NCBI GenBank assembly: GCA_964457975.1
Contig: CAYWGU010000001.1
Span: 1 to 60,620 of the forward strand
DNA: 60,620 nt
Source: an uncultured Spirochaetaceae bacterium
GTDB taxonomy: Bacteria; Spirochaetota; Spirochaetia; Sphaerochaetales; Sphaerochaetaceae
Direction of reading: 5' to 3'
The stretch's first letter is position 1; every line of letters starts with the position of its first letter. Shown piece by piece: positions 57,388-60,620 of this stretch. The position numbers were made by a program, and so were the translations under genes. Under the pieces are notes generated by a model, which saw only the letters and a list, made by a program, of their open reading frames with translations, was not told the DNA's origin and ran no database searches.

Positions 57388-59652
57388 CTAATCTAATTTT
57401 TTATATTTGAGTCTCAAGGCATTTGTTACAACAAATACAGAACTTAAAGACATTGCAAAAGAACCAATCATTGGATTCAAGAGGAAACCTCCAAAGGAAT
57501 AGAAAACTCCAGCTGCAAGAGGGATACCAATAGAGTTATAGAAGAAGGCCCAAAATAAATTCTGCTTTATATTTCTTATTGTTAAAGCACTTAATTTATA
57601 TGTTTTGTATACATCTCGTAAATCAGATCGCATCAATACAACATCAGCACCTTTAATTGCTATATCTGAACCATTGCCAATTGCAAAACCTATATCAGAT
57701 TGAACTAATGCTGGTGCATCATTTATTCCATCACCAACCATCATTACTATTTTTCTTTCCTTTTGATATTTTTCAACAATCTTTGCTTTGTCTGTTGGAA
57801 GTACATTTGATTCGATTTTATCAATTCCTACAAGAGATGCAATATGTTCTGCAGTATACTTTGAATCTCCTGTAAGCATTACAACTTCAAGTCCTGCTTT
57901 TTTAAACTTTTCAATTGCAACCTTGCTATCTTTTTTAATTGTATCAGCAACACTTATTAGGGCAACAACTTTTTCATCTATTGAAAAATACATTGTTGTA
58001 TTTCCAAGTAGGGAAGAAGCTTTTACATTATTTAAATGTTCTGTTACATCGGTTCCATAGATTTTCATAAGTTTATCATTTCCAATACTTATCATTCGAC
58101 CATCTTCAAGAAAGGCCACTATTCCTTTACCATTAAAAGATTTAGATTTTTTTATTGTTAAATTACCTGTAATTTTTAAATCAATCATTTTATCTACAAT
58201 TGCACGGCTTAATGGATGATCAGAGGTACTCTCAACACTACCAGCAATCTTTAATAATTCTTCAAGACTATATTTATTATCAAGTATGTCTATATTGGTA
58301 ACCTTTGGTTTTCCTTCTGTAATTGTTCCAGTTTTATCAAAAATAACTACTTGAGCTTTATGTATTTGCTCTAGAGCCTCTCCAGTTCTTATTAACATAC
58401 CATTTTTAGCTCCAAGTCCTGTTGCAACCATTATTGAAGTTGGAGTTGCAAGACCAAGTGCACAAGGACATGCAATAACCAGAACAGAAGTAAATATATT
58501 TAATACAAAGGATAGAGGTTGGCCATTTATTGCCCAAACTACTGAGGCTAAAATAGCAATAAATATTACAATAGGTACAAATACACCTGAAACTTGATCA
58601 GCAATCTTTGAAATAGGTGCTTTCTTTGCTTGTGCATCTTCAACAAATTTAATAATTTGAGAAAGAGCAGTATCAAAACCTATCTTTGTGACTTTCATGT
58701 AGAATATACCGGAAGTATTAAGGGATCCACCAATAACATCCGCACCAACAGTTTTCTCAACAGGAAGACTCTCACCGGTTAAAAGGCTTTCATCAAGACT
58801 ACAAGAGCCATTAACTATAACACCATCAAGAGGAACGTTTGAACCCTGCTTAACAAGTAAAATATCACCAACTTTTACTTCTTCAATCTTTACCTTTATA
58901 AAAGAATTGGTATCAATATCGGATACAACAAAAGCACTTTGAGGTGTTAGATTTAATAATTCCTTAATTGCAGACTTGGTTTTTCTTTTGCTGTTTCTCT
59001 CAAGATATTTACCTATTGAAATAAAAGTAAGTACCATAGCAGATGCATCATAGTACAAGGTGTTTACAACTGAGGGATAATCCTTAATTAAAAATGTTTG
59101 TACAACACTGTATACAAATGAAGTTGATACACTTATTGCAACAAGGCTATCCATGTTAGGAGATAAATGGAAAAGAGATCTAAAACCTCCTATAATATAT
59201 TTCTTTCCAATTATTATAATTGGAAGAGCAATCAAAATTTGAAGTATTGCCCAGTTATAAGGATGAGTCATTCTAGAGAATAAATTTAAAAAGGGTAGTC
59301 CAACCATTTGCGCCATGGACACATACATTAATACAATTGATAGTACTATTGTAATTATCAATGATTTTTTAAGTTTCTCTTCTTTTAATTCATCGTCATC
59401 AATTTCATTCTTTTTATTTTCAATAGTTTCTGATTGATTATCTGCCTTTCTAATACCATATCCAGCCTTAATAACCTTATCTTCAATGTTTTGTTCTTTA
59501 ATCTTTGAATCATCATAGGTGATTGTTAGTTTATTAGTTGCAAGATTAACGGAACTTTCAACAACACCATCCAATTTTTTTGTAACTCTCTCAACGGTTG
59601 CACTGCAAGCTGCACAACTCATGCCTTCAATAATATATTCTTCATCTATCAT
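57388..59652 (-). CDS. copA: Copper-translocating P1B-type ATPase
   Basis: It has an N-terminal GMSCAACS HMA domain, CPCALGLATP, DKTGT and GDGINDAP. Confidence 0.95.
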   Translation of the reverse strand: MIDEEYIIEGMSCAACSATVERVTKKLDGVVESSVNLATNKLTITYDDSKIKEQNIEDKVIKAGYGIRKADNQSETIENKKNEIDDDELKEEKLKKSLIITIVLSIVLMYVSMAQMVGLPFLNLFSRMTHPYNWAILQILIALPIIIIGKKYIIGGFRSLFHLSPNMDSLVAISVSTSFVYSVVQTFLIKDYPSVVNTLYYDASAMVLTFISIGKYLERNSKRKTKSAIKELLNLTPQSAFVVSDIDTNSFIKVKIEEVKVGDILLVKQGSNVPLDGVIVNGSCSLDESLLTGESLPVEKTVGADVIGGSLNTSGIFYMKVTKIGFDTALSQIIKFVEDAQAKKAPISKIADQVSGVFVPIVIFIAILASVVWAINGQPLSFVLNIFTSVLVIACPCALGLATPTSIMVATGLGAKNGMLIRTGEALEQIHKAQVVIFDKTGTITEGKPKVTNIDILDNKYSLEELLKIAGSVESTSDHPLSRAIVDKMIDLKITGNLTIKKSKSFNGKGIVAFLEDGRMISIGNDKLMKIYGTDVTEHLNNVKASSLLGNTTMYFSIDEKVVALISVADTIKKDSKVAIEKFKKAGLEVVMLTGDSKYTAEHIASLVGIDKIESNVLPTDKAKIVEKYQKERKIVMMVGDGINDAPALVQSDIGFAIGNGSDIAIKGADVVLMRSDLRDVYKTYKLSALTIRNIKQNLFWAFFYNSIGIPLAAGVFYSFGGFLLNPMIGSFAMSLSSVFVVTNALRLKYKKLD

Positions 59653-59665
59653 AAGTTCATCTCCA

Positions 59666-59682
59666 ATACCCCTATGGGGTAT
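59666..59682. promoter_or_regulatory. CsoR operator (ATACCCC-TAT-GGGGTAT)
   Basis: Its perfect 7-bp arms match the GC-tract inverted repeat bound by CsoR-family repressors. It lies 14 nt upstream of the copA ATG and abuts the GGAG RBS. Confidence 0.75.
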
Positions 59683-60035
59683 ATAAAATATATAACAGTT
59701 TACCCTAGTATGTCAATATGATTTAAAAGATAAAATAGCTTTTGAATTGACAAGTCAAGTGCAACAAGGTTTCATTAAAAGCCTTAAAAGGATTTTGGTA
59801 ACTTAAACTTTCATGTACTCATATTTAATTCACTTATTTAATTTTATCAAAAAACAGCTAATTGTAATTCAAAAATTTAATCAATTAATTCCATAGTTAA
59901 TAACAATATGTTATAAAATGTATTAAATAGGGTCTTATTTAATTGATTTAAGCCCATTTGGAACGAAAATTATTGTTGATATACGTTTTATATGATAATC
60001 TAACTTAAATAAATTATATTAAATGGGATTAATTA

Positions 60036-60578
60036 GTGATAACTCAAACAAGAAGATTAATAGATATTGCAGTAAATGAATTTAACTATATATTAGATAT
60101 TAATTTGAAGTATAATAGAGTAGAGCAGATTGTTTCAAATATACCACAAATAACAACTGGAATAACATTTGAAAAGTTTTTTGGAACTTTTGGATCAAAT
60201 GTTCCTTTGGTAGATAAGGCTAACTGTAGAATTTTTTTAGATCGAATTTCTAATGCTACTACAACAAATGATTATTCTACTTTCGTTGTTGAAATCAGAT
60301 TTACAAATATTTTGGATGCAAATAAATTAGATTGGTCATCCATTAAATGCATCTTTGATACATCAGGGAAAGATGTACATGTCTTTGTAATATCGCGTGA
60401 TATTACTGTTGAAAAAGAAAATGAATTGGAAGTAATTAGATCATCTCAAAAAGATTCATTAACAGATCTTTTAAACAGATATGCTTATAACTTTCTAGCC
60501 AAACGAGTTCTTGCATTAGCAACAAATGATAATACAAAACTTGCTTTCTTCTTTATAGATATTGATGTTATTGCTTAA
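60036..60578 (+). pseudogene. Sensor / diguanylate cyclase gene truncated at the start of its GGDEF domain
   Basis: A PAS-like N-terminus is followed by DSLTDLLNRYAYNFL...KLAFFFIDID, the canonical GGDEF-domain opening. The frame then stops after DIDVIA*. The GG(D/E)EF motif itself is absent. Confidence 0.5.
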
Positions 60579-60620
60579 TCTAGTTGTCTAAAGATTGCTT
60601 ACTTGCATTATTGATAAGTG

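Noticed and set aside
1-60620. I searched for CRISPR arrays, tRNA genes and rRNA genes.
   Set aside because: I saw no regularly spaced direct repeats of 25-40 nt and no GC-rich ~75-nt cloverleaf-like islands or rRNA-like segments in the intergenic regions. This was an inspection by eye only. tRNAscan-SE, Infernal and a CRISPR finder would be the definitive check.

Overview
This is an AT-rich (roughly 30% GC by eye) chromosomal segment from a saccharolytic, probably anaerobic bacterium. Most genes have clear GGAGG-type ribosome-binding sites. Several secreted binding proteins have signal peptides ending ...LFA(S/N)G or ...VFAQG without a lipobox Cys; one protein has a classic LVGC lipobox. I see no rRNA, tRNA or CRISPR array. 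Contents in order: (1) An IS4/IS1634-like element lies between two diverged copies of a short coding tail, followed by an orphan FRG-domain gene and a truncated NifU-like scaffold. (2) A BusR-like (GntR wHTH + RCK_C) regulator sits with a two-gene OpuA/BusA-type betaine ABC importer. (3) A sugar locus carries AraC, a CUT1 ABC transporter, a NahK-like anomeric sugar kinase and a large DUF5107-like protein, with no recognisable glycosidase. (4) A tocopherol-cyclase-like gene is paired with a GT-A glycosyltransferase-like gene. (5) A LacI/ABC operon ends in a GH13_18 (sucrose/glucosylglycerate-phosphorylase family) gene that overlaps a GT4 glycosyltransferase gene. (6) Then come a deaminase, glmS, an orphan 293-aa gene, a group-B-type [FeFe] hydrogenase and a multiply broken brnQ. 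(7) Next are a LacI regulator, a 5'-nucleotidase lipoprotein and a YibE/F protein. (8) An L-arabinose locus has intact araA, araD and a ChvE/GguAB-type ABC transporter. Its FGGY ribulokinase-like gene is destroyed by frameshifts, two in-frame stops and a 238-bp MITE-like insertion. A shared 13-nt motif sits at all three ara promoters. (9) The window ends with a MEDS-HD-GYP protein, a GH2 beta-mannosidase, a GH13 neopullulanase-like gene bracketed by repeated hairpins, an HxlR pseudogene, a copA-csoR-copZ operon with a perfect CsoR operator, and a truncated GGDEF gene. The best candidates for undescribed biology are the GH13_18+GT4 pair, the NahK-like kinase+DUF5107 locus and the MITE. None is proven from sequence alone. 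All family assignments come from motif recognition by eye, not from database searches.
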